From Azolla caroliniana (lineage: Eukaryota > Plantae > Polypodiophyta): a stretch of DNA of 64,000 nt. Below the pieces are notes generated by a model. The model saw only the letters and a list, made by a program, of their open reading frames with translations, was not told the DNA's origin and ran no database searches. Made by a program: the position numbers and the translations under genes. Below, one piece after another: positions 11,973 to 25,869 of the stretch. The stretch covers positions 868,001 through 932,000 of the forward strand of contig JBHGNT010000003.1 in the NCBI GenBank assembly GCA_043228905.1. Direction: 5' to 3'. The number at the start of each line of letters is the position of its first letter. Position 1 is the first letter of the stretch.

Positions 11973-12925
11973 ATGATGAACTCTAATCAAGGAAATGGAA
12001 GTAATGTTATACCTTGCTCAAATGTGGATGGCAATTCAACCTGTCATCTTTTGATAGGTTAAAAATATATGATTCAGAAAAGAAAAATGTTTTATATAGG
12101 GTTACCTTGTTTAATATATTACAATACAGATCATAAAAGCTCATCTGTAAACAAACATTTAATCTTAATTCATTTAATGAATGAATTGTGTTTCTTCATG
12201 AACTTTGAAGGACACTAGTTTTATTCTTCCAAAATGCTTTTTATGTAGAAAAGTGGGATTGAAATTCCTAAATGTGTACCGGTGGTTATTGAGGTGCCGA
12301 AAGGTAGTTTTCTGAAAAAGCGTCCAGATGGCTCAATAGACTTTGTTTTGCCATCGCCATGCCCATTTAATTATGGATCGGTGACCTCTATCCAAGGATC
12401 TGATGGTAAAATATTTTCAACCTTTTGCAACTCATGTTTTTCATCTACTTTGACCTCAATGCACAGTATATAAAGATTTATAATATATAATGTGCTCACC
12501 TTTGGGCGGGGTGTTTTCTCTATGTTGTAACAAGGGTTAACTATGCAGGTGATCCATTAGATGCGATTGTTCTTGGAGATTATCTTCCATATGGGCATAT
12601 TGGAACCTGGAGAGTGAAAGGAAAGCTCAAATTCATCGATGCTGGTATGGTTGACGATAAATTAGTATGTGTTCAACCATCTCATTTCAATGAGTCATGT
12701 TTTGATAAGTTTTTAGAAATGGGTCTTCTTAATTTATCGGGTTTTCCTGAGGTAAAAGATGGTGAGAGATCTCGGCAAGAACTTTATAACGAAGATCTTA
12801 GTGTTCTTGATTTGTTGTCCCTGACTATTATTTTTAAGGCATATGCCCCATTTAAAGGATGGGTTAATGCCACTAGGAAGAAACATGGCATGACCTCCTT
12901 TGATGGTTGGGAGTTTTATGACTGA
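11973..12925 (+). CDS. ppa: Family I soluble inorganic pyrophosphatase of bacterial-like subtype; core exons 12249-12405 and 12549-12925, putative upstream exons 11973-12057 and micro-exon 12130-12146
   Basis: Spliced core reads VVIEVPKGSFLKKRPDGSIDFVLPSPCPFNYGSV..SDG|DPLDAIVLG..IDAGMVDDKLVCV. It has the family I PPase signature D-G-D-P-L-D-A, restored across a phase-1 GT-AG intron, plus the NYG and D-x-G-x-x-D-x-K motifs. The upstream exons are inferred from phase compatibility only. Confidence 0.85.
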
Positions 12926-13220
12926 ATTTATGGATGAACTGTGGTTGCAAAGCTCTCCAATTTTTGCTTTTTTAGCGGAACTGTTTCGACATATTGAGGT
13001 CTGCTGCTATATATGGCTAAGCTGCCTATGAAAGCATAAAGAAATCAATCTCTTGTGACCTCCTTTGATGGTTGGGAGTTTTATGACTGAGTTTATGGAT
13101 GATCTGTGGTTGCAAAGCTCTCCCATTTTTGCTTTTTTAGCAGAATTGTTTCGACATATTGAAGTCTGCTGCTATATATTGCGAAGCTGCATATGAAAGC
13201 ATGAAGAAATCAATCGCTTG
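12891..13220. repeat. Tandem duplication (about 165 bp x2) of the PPase last codons and 3' UTR
   Basis: TGACCTCCTTTGATGGTTGGGAGTTTTATGACTGA...GAAATCAATC is repeated at about 12891-13050 and 13056-13215. Confidence 0.9.
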
Positions 13221-14880
13221 TATTATTTTTGATGAATACAGATTTTCACAGAGTCTTGTATGAAATCTCATCCAGTTGGTATACGCGAGTTTAATGAAGC
13301 TTGTGTATGTGTAAAGCATATAAATGTGCGTGTGTGTGTGTTAACACGTGCAAACAAATACTGTAGATTGGGATACAACCTGGACAGTATGGGGTATTTC
13401 TGTTTTAATGGGAAATATCTCAACATTCTTTTGTATCAAATCTTGATATATGCATAGATCATCCTTCCCTCTCTTGAAATCCTATCTCATGAGAATTTAT
13501 CTTAAAGAGCAAAATGGAGCATTTAATTTAACTGCTTTTTTTTAGTGTATTATGGGCTATGAAATGAAGTGTCATGCATTTTGATGTTATGTCACTCACT
13601 GTGTACTTGTTTCCGGGAACAAACTCCCCTTGTAATAACCAATCCAAGCATTATTCTTATGCTGGTGTATGTAATAGGATGGTTTCCCCATATTGTTTTG
13701 GCTATCGATATCCCAAAACCTTCTGGTAGTAGGAACCACTAGTCTTAATGGTATGAGCAAACATCTTGCATTATTGGTGTAGCCATCTAGACCCCAAAAC
13801 TCGAGGGTGTTAGGGCCACATTTGTTATGGACGATTTACACCTCTCATAACAACATTCACATGGAAGCCAAATATTTCATCCATTGATACCTAGTCTTCA
13901 TCATTTGAAGATTTTATATTCTGTGATATCTGTGGATTGTGGAGCTCAAATAATGTGTTTGGGTCTAAAATACCCTGTTGTAGGCTCGAATCTCATTCAG
14001 GGTTAACAAATGGTGTGTGTTGTAGGCCTGATTCTCATTGAGGGTTAACAAATGGTGCACACACTCTTAATAAGATGAGTCTTATTGGTGTGTTTGATTG
14101 ATTAGTCGCTTCTAATATGTTTACATTATGCTTGCATTTACTTTGGATGACATCCTCTTCAAAAAACTAAATGTAGCTGTGATATATTCTTCATTGATGA
14201 CCAACATTATTGATCTAGTTTGTGTATGACATGCAACTTTGCAAGTATATTTCTCCTTTACGCAAGTATCTCTTGTTTATAAAAATAATTCTAAGTTGTA
14301 TTTTGCTCGGCATTCAAATGCTTGTGATGAAATGTCAATGTCCATTCATAAATGCCACAACTTGTGGGTTACTTCAGAGGCTACTCTTATGAAGACACCA
14401 CTTCTTGCCATCATATGAATAACTTCAACATAAGGGTGTTCTTTTTTCGATGATCTTTGTGATATACCAAAGCTTAAATCACCTTACTTTTATGTAATGG
14501 TCAAGGCTTGATAGACATGAATAATATTATTTAGACATGCACTCGCCCATAGAATCTTCATTTTTTTCATTCCTTTGTGGAGTAACCAATAGAAAAGTCG
14601 CATGGAAGCGTGTGCAAGACACAAATAATAAAGCATCATACCGTTTTTTAACTTGGATCAAAATCTAGATGTAAAGTCATTTTTACCCACAAAATTTAAA
14701 GTTTCACTCAAATGTGGTAGCACAACTATCTCCTTCCTTCTAGTTAAATGGTGTTATTTACTAATCCAAATAACAAATCCATGTTGTAATCAAATAATGT
14801 GACAAGACCATAATCTAGTTGACACTTTGTTCCTTTAACCACAAACATAATTGAGACTTGCTATCACATGAAATTGATTA

Positions 14881-14984
14881 GAGAGAGAGAGAGACCCTTG
14901 ATGGATGTACCCACAGTGGCATCTAGAGAAATTAGAGATATCTATGGAGTAATAGAGAGGTGAGAAAATTGGGTTTGGAACCCA

Positions 14985-15051
<67 letters not shown>

Positions 15052-15432
15052 ATTATCGTCTTCGGAGGTCAAATATGACCTATGAGACCAAAAATATTAC
15101 ATTTCAAGTGATACGTGTGAAAGTGAGTAGTGACTCTCGATGTTCAAGAACTTTACCAATGAATGTTGCAATCAAGATCGCACATTGTGGTTGTGAGAGG
15201 AATTCATGCAAGGATTGGGCTCGATCGAAGAGATGTGGAAAGCATGGTCGAATATGATCAAAGGCAGAGCATTGTATCAAAGTGTGAACTTGTTTAGGGC
15301 AAAGTGGGCATAGCCGACCACTCTCATCACTTGTGCCCCAACGCCCTATCTCACATCGCAATGCATGTGAGCTAAGTCGCATGGAAGCAATGGTTCAAAT
15401 GGCAGATAATGGTATGGGCTCTAACATGTAAG

Positions 15433-15483
<51 letters not shown>

Positions 15484-15752
15484 CCAGATGGATGTACCCA
15501 CATTGGCATCTAGTGAAATTAGAGATATCTATGGAGTAATAGAGAGAGGTGAGAAAATTGGGTTTGGAACCCAAGATGTAGAGAGAGAGAGAGAGAGAGT
15601 TGCCTAATGGATGTAGCTCAATTGGTAAGGTTGCCAATGGAGACCAGGTGGTCATGGGTTCAACCCCTACATTCCACAGTGGCATCTAGTGAATTAAGAT
15701 ATATAAAGTATGTTATAGAGAGGTGAGAAAATTGGGTTTTGAACCCAAGACA
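14881..15752 (+). mobile_element. Three related SINE-like copies separated by (AG)n/(TA)n; the third carries a tRNA-derived head
   Basis: A shared body CACAGTGGCATCTAG..GAGAGGTGAGAAAATTGGGTTTGGAACCCAAGA occurs at about 14910-14988, 15498-15577 and 15675-15750. The third copy has an A-box (TAGCTCAATTGG) and a B-box (GGTTCAACCC) at 15609-15675. Confidence 0.65.
15048..15435 (-). mobile_element. LINE 3' fragment inserted in an (AG)n microsatellite
   Basis: ORF reads MRLSSHALRCEIGRW..RLCPLCPKQVHTLIQC..FDHIR, the RT C-terminal R.SSH.L.IE.GRW...C..C...H...C pattern. Its 3' end runs into (CT)n(TA)n. Confidence 0.75.
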
Positions 15753-16135
15753 TAGTGCTTGTAGTGTACCCTAGTCTAGCTAACATTGTATGATGAGGAA
15801 TAATTTAACATATAAGAGGGTGTAACCAATTCTGATAACCTTATGGTTTTTTATAGCAATTTGAGGAAGCTTGCGAATGGGAACACATTTTCTATATTCT
15901 TTTCCCTAATTTGTTCCATCAACTTTTGTGGTTCCCACATTATGTAATGGAAGAAGAGTAGGGAAGCTTACATAGGCATTACCTTTTCTTTTCTTTTGTC
16001 TTTTTTTGCTTTTTGTAGGATCACATCACTATTCTTACACCCTTTAGAAAAGCAAATTCGTGTGAATTGTTTTCTTTTCATTTCTTTTCAGTTGTAAGAG
16101 GATTTACAGATTTCTTCGTAATTCGAAACAAAGAA

Positions 16136-16594
16136 ATTACTGGCCAATTGTATGTAATAATCTTGTCATATCAAATGTGATAAGGAGTAATGTGTATGCA
16201 AACTTCTTTTATCTATACTAAAGTGAATGTAAACTTGTTACCTACAAATAATGGTATTCGATACACAAAGAATTGCATGGTTGATAGTTGAGATCTACTT
16301 TAAGTTCCAAGCCAATGACCAATCTTTTCAGATGATTTCTCTTACCAAGTTTCCAAGAGATTACTGGCAATTGTATGTAATAATCCTGTCATATCAAATG
16401 TGATAAGGAGTAATGTGTATGCAAAATTCTTTTATCCATACTAAATTAAATAAACACAAAGTGAATGTAAACTTGTTACCTACAGATAATGGTATTCAAT
16501 ACACAAAGAATTGCATGGTTGATAGTTGAGATCTACTTTAAGTTCCAAGCCAATGACCAATCTTTTCAAATGATTTCTCTTCCCAAGTTTCCAA
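16136..16594. repeat. Tandem duplication, about 225-235 bp x2
   Basis: ATTACTGG(C)CAATTGTATGTAATAATC...CCAAGTTTCCAA occurs twice, nearly identical. Confidence 0.9.
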
Positions 16595-19500
16595 AACACA
16601 AAAGGATGCCCCTACATTTTAAATCTAAAGTAATACATTAGGTTCATACAAAAATCGTGATTTTCGTGTTGTGGTTAATATGTACAAGTTTATAACTTTT
16701 GTTGCCCTCATGAGATCCATGTCGAAAACCCCTTCATAAAGGAGAGACATTGTAGAACAAGACAACTAGCATTATTACAACATTATTCGTCATCCCACTC
16801 ACGTGGTATCGCAAATTTGTTTAAGTTACCTAGGTCTCACAAACAATTGTATTGAAGAGAGGTTCTATAAAATCTATGTGAACTAGATTAGGCCAACAAA
16901 TTATTGAAGTTATTATTCATGTGGAGACCAACCTAGTCTCTAAACTCAAGAAAGCAAACAATATTGGGCTTACCCTGGTTCCCAACTAGGTAGGATTTCG
17001 GAAGGCTTTTTTGAAAAGTAGTTTTGCGTACCTAACACCATTTTGCATAAGAAATGATAAACAATTTATTCCTCCACTATAAAGTCCCTTAGTTCATAGT
17101 TCATGTGTCTTGTGAATTATCCTTAGTGATCATACATTGATGCCTTAGTTGTTGAATTCACCATTGATTTCTAGAAGGGTGGTGATCCCCTTTGTGAACA
17201 TTCAGGTGCATGGGTTCTGCCCAGTGATTTTTTTGTTTGGCATAATGTGCCAAGGGGCATTGGGAATCCATTGTAAAAAGGCATTTAAGAAAATGCAAAT
17301 AAATGTTAGGGGTATTTCTACAATTTCCCCCAATAAACTATAATATCTTAAATACATTCAAGTAGACACGTCAAGTAGTGTGTCTTGACTAGGTATTGCC
17401 CAACAAGATGTGGTTGACACATCAACAAGCTAGGTATCTTTTAAAAGTCATAATTTGGGTCCTACTTATCCACTATATCTTGCAATCTTCTTAGTTAAAA
17501 AGAAACATGTGACTTGAACAATTTGCCTAAAATTTTATGGATGTCAATATATTGCAGCAATTGACAAGATTTACTAATCAGTAACTAATTGATATGGTAA
17601 AGTTCCAATTTACTCTATGCAAGGCATAACTATGTAGCATTAACATCACTCGATGTTGAGTTACAACATAATATAAATGTATGTATAACCAAGAAACTTA
17701 TAGAATCATATGAGGAACCTTTAGTTCTTATTTTGCAATTTCAATGAACGAAAAAATGATCTCACGAATACTAGCTCCATGTGTTATTTAATTGAAAATA
17801 TTTTCAATCCAGAGGGTGGGTTAGATTGTCTAACAATCCACGTTAAAAATGTTGTAGTGACCAAAACCTGTCAATTTTAAATTAGGATCACAACATGTAT
17901 TCCAAAGTAACAAAAAGTATCTCATAAATTGAAAGTGTTGTCCAATCGTGTTCGGGACAAAACTTAAATGTTATTGCTTTTACCTCATAACAACTTCATT
18001 TGAGATGAACATAACACTCTTAGCTAGTCAAATCTATATTTTCCAACCATTGAAGAGATCGGAGCACTTATAGCAACGTTCAAGAACAAACCAGTATGAT
18101 TTACATGGACACTTTCTAAAAATCGCTCTTGTAATGTCTATCATAGCTAGAAGTACATGTAAACTTTTAAAGGTTAAGGTAATCACGTGGTGATGGATTG
18201 AAAAGATCTTCTACAATATATTAAAGATTTCGTGTTGGAATAATATCATTAGTTTTTAAGTTTCCAACCTTTAATTTCTAAAAGAGAGTATTCATCAAAT
18301 TGGTTTGGTAACAAGTTGTTGCCAACCGATTTAGCCAAATCTAGCAACTAACATATTTTATACATACATATAAATCCAAAGCAGTAGCAAGCAATCATGT
18401 AGCTAGAGAGCCTATTGTCAATAAATATTTGTAGAAAACAGAAAATGGGGTAGTAGAAACAAAAGACCAATAACCAATCTGAATAAAATATCAAAATTTA
18501 TTAATCCCTTAAAGTTTGTAAAACATTAACGATTCTTGTTGCTCAATGCTAACATGCAGGCCTCACCTTTAAGCGTATGCTTAACCATTTATGATTGTCG
18601 TAACCCTCTCTTTAGAATGTCATAAATCCTTGCCTTTTGCTAAGTTTCAAAGGGTTTGACTAATAGGATATTTCAAGAGACAAAAGAAAGGCATTAAAGT
18701 TTCAAGTAAAAGAAATGAGTTACTAGTGCGGAACCATTGTATTAACATGTGCATATTGAATATGTAGGAAATTATTGTCCACGGTAGGGAACGCACCGAA
18801 TAATCTGCCTAAAAAAAATGATTGAAGGGATCAAAAGTCAAAAGAGATCATGGTTGTTTGGGGTATATTATGAATAACTCTTGGCTTTCAAAACATTAGA
18901 GACAATCATGAATGTAATGGTGTGTCTCTAGAGGCATACATACCCAAGGATCTCTAACGAAATACAAAAATGGAAATTTAACTACACGAGAAAGATTTCG
19001 TCCATCACAGTGGGAAACAAATCAAATTAGGGTAAGAGGAATTTAATTTAATAGCAATATACAAGCTACAACCATAATCTTGTTTTCATTCTTATTTATC
19101 TTGTCATTCTAGAAACACCTTAGAGGCCTTTCGACCCACACAAGCTAAAAATATATTCAAATTTAGGATGGGGAATAATGGTCTAGGACAAATACTTCGT
19201 CTATGATGGTTTCTACATGTCACAAATCCCTTTTCTTTTTTTTACTATACATGCATTTGAGGGGTATGAGGAAAAATCAAATATATGATGAAATCCTATT
19301 TGATTGATGAGAAAGGCGAACAACGAGAGATGAGATGGAGCATCGATATTTGTCTTATGTGTGGCCCATTACGGTTTGAATAGACCTTTCTTTTGGGCTA
19401 GCTTTTCGCATTCACCTTCACTTGTGTAAGTTATGATTAGCAAGTACTATGACAATTTTGGAAGACATTAAAAGTTACAAATGTCAAACATGGAAAACAT

Positions 19501-22500
19501 CGTTTACTTCAAGATAATGCTTGCTGAGAATTCAGTCCTTTGTATAATAGTCTCATAAATATGTACCTATAATACAAACTTGAACTCCCAAATTCGTTCG
19601 CAATTCGAATGCTTGAATGCCCTCATAAAGAAGCTTGTATGCCATATATTGTTAGTTGAGGGGGGGGGAAGAGAGAGAGAGAGAGAGAACAAGTGTAATG
19701 TAGCTTGATATTGATTATGTATCATGATTGAAGTTTTAACTTCAAAACACATACGCAAGTCAAATATGTTTTCCCGAGGGAATGTTAATTTAATAACTCA
19801 GTCATGTGTTTCAATGCTTGAAGTTTACAAAACAAACATCGCGTCAATAAGAAGTTTTCAAATATAAAAATACACTTGAACGTGTCTAAGATCAATAGTA
19901 AATGACAGACCTCATACATCAATTGTATTTGGGCAAATTTAATTTATGGCACGGTTGACGCACTAAACTTGTCCAACTAGTACTAGCATCACTTTGGCCC
20001 ATCCTTGTTGTATTTAACTACTAGAATCCGGGATCTAGATAACACAAAATAGTGACTCCATCCCTTTGATAATTCGCCCTTCACTACAAGAAATGTTTTG
20101 CCTTTGTGTTTTATTGATAACAAAATGTGTGCCATTCATGAAAAAGATACTTGCTAGCAATGGCCCCATCTACCCAACATTTTGTCTTTTTCCTCATAAA
20201 TCTTAGTGTGGGTTTTCTTGGTCTTCTTTCTCAAGTCACACATGTGATGTGGACAAGTTTAGATGCATTGTTCATCAAGTTTGGACCTTGTTTTGGCCTA
20301 TTTCATTTTCGAATGATAATTCTATGGACAAGTATAGTTTCCTCTTTATGCATAGAGAGTTTTGCTAGACAAATTGACTAGTTAGGCAACATATGCTCAG
20401 CAAATAGGAGATGAACATCATGCATTGTCGTGGTAATGGATCAATATGGTTATGCATATTCGAGTTGTCCATATATGGCAATAGCAATAGTGACCTCCTT
20501 GTTCGTTATGAATTATGTGACAACATCCTTCCTTTCTACATTGGAATAATTCATTCAACTTTTTCATGTATCCTATACAATTTGCATGATGAAACAAGGG
20601 TTGATGTTACCTCTAGTTTGGAAACTATCAATTGTTCTTTACATCTCATTTTCAACCCACCATTGGTGGTTATTTGTCTCTCCTTATCAACCCAATATGT
20701 TTCTATTTAAACCAAGTCCATTCTTGATGTGTTTCCACATCTAACATGGAATTCAGGTACATTTCAATGAATGTGGATGGTATTACCCCGTAACGAGTCT
20801 AACTTCCTCTATGTTACAAAGCAAATGGCAAAAAATTCGATAATAATCACATCACAAAAGCAACCACTCTACACTACCTCAGAAGTTGTACCAACCTCTA
20901 ATGTGTGTGTGTGTCTAGGCATGCGTGCATGCCTAAATGTGAAGTACAGGTCTTGAGATTGTATTTCAACTTACATGGATTCCTTGGCAGAAGTATGTTC
21001 GGAAAGGAGGGTTGGGTAGATGGAGTCAAAAGTTAGATTGGCGAATGTGACAAGTTGAGGGACATCGAGAAAGAGATGATGAGGCAACTTATGCTAGGAA
21101 TACTTTCTCTAACAAATTTATGTAATCAATCAACCATGTATTAGCTCTTAGAAAAAATAGAACTTCTTTCTCCACATGGAAACGGTATGTCGAATTATTT
21201 TCAAGTGACATTATCAAGCACATTCTAACACGGCTTGTATTACTAAATAATATCATTTCCTTTGTGCAATAATGTGAAGATATATATCATTGTAGGGTTA
21301 GAAATTATATGGTAAGTTAGCCATTAAGAATGCATATAAACTTACACATTTTGAAATATGACATGATAATAATCTCGAGAAAGATTTGCAAGAAAAAAGC
21401 TAGTGCAAACGTATCATTTAATGTTTTCGAAGGATAATCTTATCCACCCATTGGAGTCTATATTAAGTAACATGATCAAACATTTCCTTATTATTTAGTG
21501 TGCCTAATTGCATCCTAACATAATACCTCAAATTATATACCCGTCTAATTGGTTTGAATCAATCAATGATAATTTGACCCACATTATGATGTTGCATGTT
21601 CTTTATTCCTTAAAAAAATGGTGTAGAGTTAAATCAAATGATGCTTTATCCCCATCTTAAAACATTCACATTGTCAAAGTCTCAATAGGTTATCCTCCAC
21701 TATAGACACAACATGTTTCACTCATTTGGTTGGGCTTTTGTTTCCAACTTCTACATATGAAATGACACTATATTTCTCAAGGTACAAAGCAAATGTGTTG
21801 CCACATCATGCAATAAGCCCATAGACACTATAGTCTATCAAAGTGAAGCATCTCAACCGGAAAAAGGAAATTATATCTTCTAGCACATTGTGCAAGATCA
21901 TGTGCATTATGCACTTTTCAAGTGAAGTGTCAAATTGTATGCACTCTCATGTTCGCTAGAGCATGCTCTGAATGTTTATTTAGCATGGACTCTCTAAAGC
22001 CATCATTATGATAAAATTAGTGTGAAAAGTAACCTTAAAGAGCCTAAAAGTAGTCGTGTCTTGTTAGCACTTCCTTTCATAAGCCCAACTTATTGCTTTC
22101 AACCAATAGAGAATGAACAATGAATTTGTAAAGAAATTTCTTTAGATTAACTATAAGTATGTATGGAGCTCAAACAAAAAAGAATAACGACCACGACATC
22201 ACAACGATTCCTCCAAACTTGAAGCCACACTCTTGAGATTTCAAACGAGAAGCTTTACTAATACATCTTCATGATCGAATATTTATGTTTAATAACAATG
22301 TTAAAGCAAGGTCGTGTCTCTTTAAGTTACAATTTGGTAAGGGAGTGTGCAAAGTCTTTCATGTGATATGCATAAAGGCAATAAACACTTCACTTTGTGC
22401 TTCCGCATGTAATGGCCTTGTTAATAATAAAAGTGACTACGCATAATTTTATAGAACTGTTAGAACTTTTTAAAGAGTCTCTTACATGATGTACAAAGAC

Positions 22501-25429
22501 AATGCTTATACATGGTGCTTGACTTTTTAGAACGATCGAGCTTTGAACCGTAACTAGACAAAAGGAATATATATAAATCCATTGATTTTAGTAACCTTGC
22601 AAATAACTTGGTTTTACTCGTGATCCATCTCTCTTCCACTCCCTGTCCTATTTGCTAATCATAAATCAGGAATGCCTTGTTTAAAGATACAAATTCAATA
22701 GTGCATTACATTATCCTATGCATGTTAGCTCTTAAATTTTCATGTGTACCTCAAGCAAATGAGGGATAGCTTATGTGCTCTATGACAAAACTGTGAGTAT
22801 CTATCTAAAAAGAGTTACATGAGTAAAATGAAAAGAATAACAAAACCTTGCACCACGTAGAAACATGAAATGGAGCTTTGATACCCGATTCATAAAGTTG
22901 CCCCTCAATGTGAGCGAAGGTACCAAGGATGATCTCGAGGTATACCCATGATATTTTTCATAATATCAAAATTGCCCCTGATTCGACCATAGAAAGAGCA
23001 ATGTGTCATCTTCTTAAACCTAAACTTTATAAGAGGTAAAAAATGAAGATGCAATGTGCAAAGCAATTGGATTGGCATTTTACACAAACTTATTGGATTA
23101 TCATGTAGGCCAATTACAAAGATGTAGTTGGATTATTGTAACTGATTAGCAATCATGTGACCTAAAATAGAGTATCAAACATTATGATTAGAGTAACCTT
23201 ATTTTATTTATGATGTAATCCAAGCCTTTGGTGCTCTATTTATGCTAAATCATAATCTAGGACACTTCATTGATGCATTGTCCATTTATTGAAGTCTAGG
23301 TTTAAGAAAAGTTGAGTTTGCCATTTGGTGTTCCTACCATTTGAACGAGTATAACTTTGGTATTATTAAATCATCCCATGTACAAGGGAAGGATGTTTGT
23401 GATATTTTGCCTCAAAAATTAATCGCTCCATGAGGACTAGATCAAATCAAAAGAAAGCTTTTATTTCCTCTATCCATTAAAGCGGAGCATTTCCTAGGAC
23501 CTCTAATGCACTCACTTTTATATATTGTCCTAAATCCCATGGGGAGGAATATATATGTATGCACATAATGGATATCGACACATGCGATAGTTACCACGCA
23601 AAACTTGTAGATCAAACGTATCTTTGTGGGTGCTCACATTTGAATCCCATTCTTTGTTCAAGAAACATTTTAATATATTATAGAACGACAAATTACAATA
23701 TACCGAAGGTCACAGAATGGATATATAAGTAGTTAATTATCCAAAGTAACAATGGGTTACAAAGGAAACGAAAATGCCATATATTATTTCTATTGGATAA
23801 CAAAATTACATAGTTTCTAAGGTCACATAGGGATACGACATGAAAAACATTGGCTTCTCTTGTTGGTTGGCAAAATCAATCCAGATAACAAATATGCAAA
23901 ACAAACATGGGCCATTTTGATTGCACAAGCCACCAACCAAGATTTAGGCCATGTGGGCCTGTTGTTGATGTAGGACACCACCTTTGATGCAAGTACTACC
24001 AAGACCACCTTTGATGAAATGCAAATACAACCTGAGTCTAAAGCTTTGTGTGAAAACACTCATTACTCATTAAATTTCCGTCTGAAAACTTTGGCTTTAC
24101 TTCAACTTTTGAAGCCACGTCTGCATTATTGAGATGTTGATCAAGTTTTCAGACTTGTTGGGGTGGAACATTCAAAAAGGGAATAGAATACAACTAAAGG
24201 ATATCAATTTTCTTTCAAAGTCCTTCGAATTTTGTGCTAGTATATCATGATTTGCCATTATTTCATGCGTGAAAATGAAACTCAGCCGAATAGTAAATAA
24301 GGAAGTTTGGAACGGTGTCTCAAAAGTAGAGATATATCGTTACAACAATGCACATTATGTAATATGTATCACACAACAAATTATGCTATGCATAACATAT
24401 ATCTATATATATATATATAAAGCTTATACATATGCCACATATTAGTACGGATGAGCTTCCCAATTTTTCTTTATATTTCATTCATGTCATAATCCCTCAC
24501 TTCTCATTATTCAACTAAATAGTGGCTCCATGCATACCACATGATCCAAGCACGCCGACATGATGCACACACATGAACCTATCGATGAAAATAAATTCAC
24601 TGGGGAAATTGGAGAGAGGAACCTTACATATTTCCAAAAACTATCCAAAAGTAACACTTCCTCAAAGTTAGAGGCTACTTAACCGATGAAAGAATAAGAA
24701 ACTTTTCCAAACAAACACATTCTTGTACCTCTGAAACATTTGGGAAAGGTTGTTTGATGTTAAAAAGAACAATTTAGTTATTAGTTTGCACTATCTCATA
24801 TGCGTATTATAAAGTAGAGTGTATATGATGTAGATGTTATTAATCATGTATGGCGACAATGACTAGTTGTGAGGTTGTGTCAAGCTAACCTAATCGAATG
24901 TCCTTACCACCTTATAATTTTGGGGTCTAGGTGGTGAAAAGACCAATTCGATGGAGTTTATCCATTGAGTGCATGAATTCACATTAGCTACTAGGATGAA
25001 TGAATTTGTCGGAAGTTTGTGGCCCCAACAATCTAGCTCATTTTTATTACGGATCCAAAGAGTCAAGAGGTTCATTAGCTATGTTGATCCTACCTAGAAA
25101 ATGGGTTTGCAATATTAATGAAAACTTTAGCAGTGACGTCGGCTACTTCTTGAACATGACTTGATCATATGCTACTTTAATCGATCTAACAATGGACATG
25201 GGCCGGAAACGATAAGGGCGGAGATGGCCGAAATGTTATATATATTTCTTATGCTCGTCAGACAACAAAAGAGCATCATTCTCTATGTTGGCCAACAAGG
25301 GCATGAGTTACATCAAGCCATGTTTCTTAGAGCATGCTTTCTCGTAATTCATGTAAGAACCTAGAATGAGTGTTGGTGTATGTGTCGCCTGTGTATTATT
25401 TTTGTGTATATGCATGCATATGCAATTAC

Positions 25430-25600
25430 GTATGTACAATTGAATGAATGAATGTATGTATGTATGTATGTATGTATGTATGTATGTATGTATGTATGTA
25501 CAATTGAATGAATGAAATGTATGTATGTATGTATGTATGTATGCGTGCGTGTGTGTGTGTTCGTATGTATGTATATACGCATGCATGCATGCATGTATGT
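25430..25600. repeat. (ATGT)n / (GT)n microsatellite
   Basis: Long TATG runs are directly visible. Confidence 0.9.
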
Positions 25601-25869
25601 CTCATGATTCATCCACTTCCAATGCGAAGTGCAGGGTGTCTGTGTCCGTACACCCTCACTTCTCCCGTACAACCCAAAAACAGCAGGAAGCAACAAAACA
25701 AAAAAAAACAAAGACAGAAACAAAAAAGAAAAGGCTCTTTTCTTCTTCTTCGTTCAATTCAATTCATTCATTTCATTTCAGGGAATTGCTTTCTATTTTT
25801 CCCACAGAAACACACCAAAAAAATAATAAATGGCGCAAAAAACAAAAACAGGAGGACGTATTCAACCGG

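Noticed and set aside
11973-12925. Bacterial contamination as the explanation for the PPase
   Set aside because: A spliceosomal intron interrupts the catalytic motif, base composition matches the host, and the flanks are plant repeats and a plant tRNA.
15609-15675. Second functional tRNA gene
   Set aside because: It has A/B boxes but no proper anticodon arm or oligo-T terminator and continues into a repeated body, so it is treated as a SINE head.
16600-25300. Possible decayed transposase or retroelement ORFs in the long intergenic stretch (also 32000-41500)
   Set aside because: Only short ORFs with no motif I could confidently assign. A repeat-library or translated HMM search is needed.
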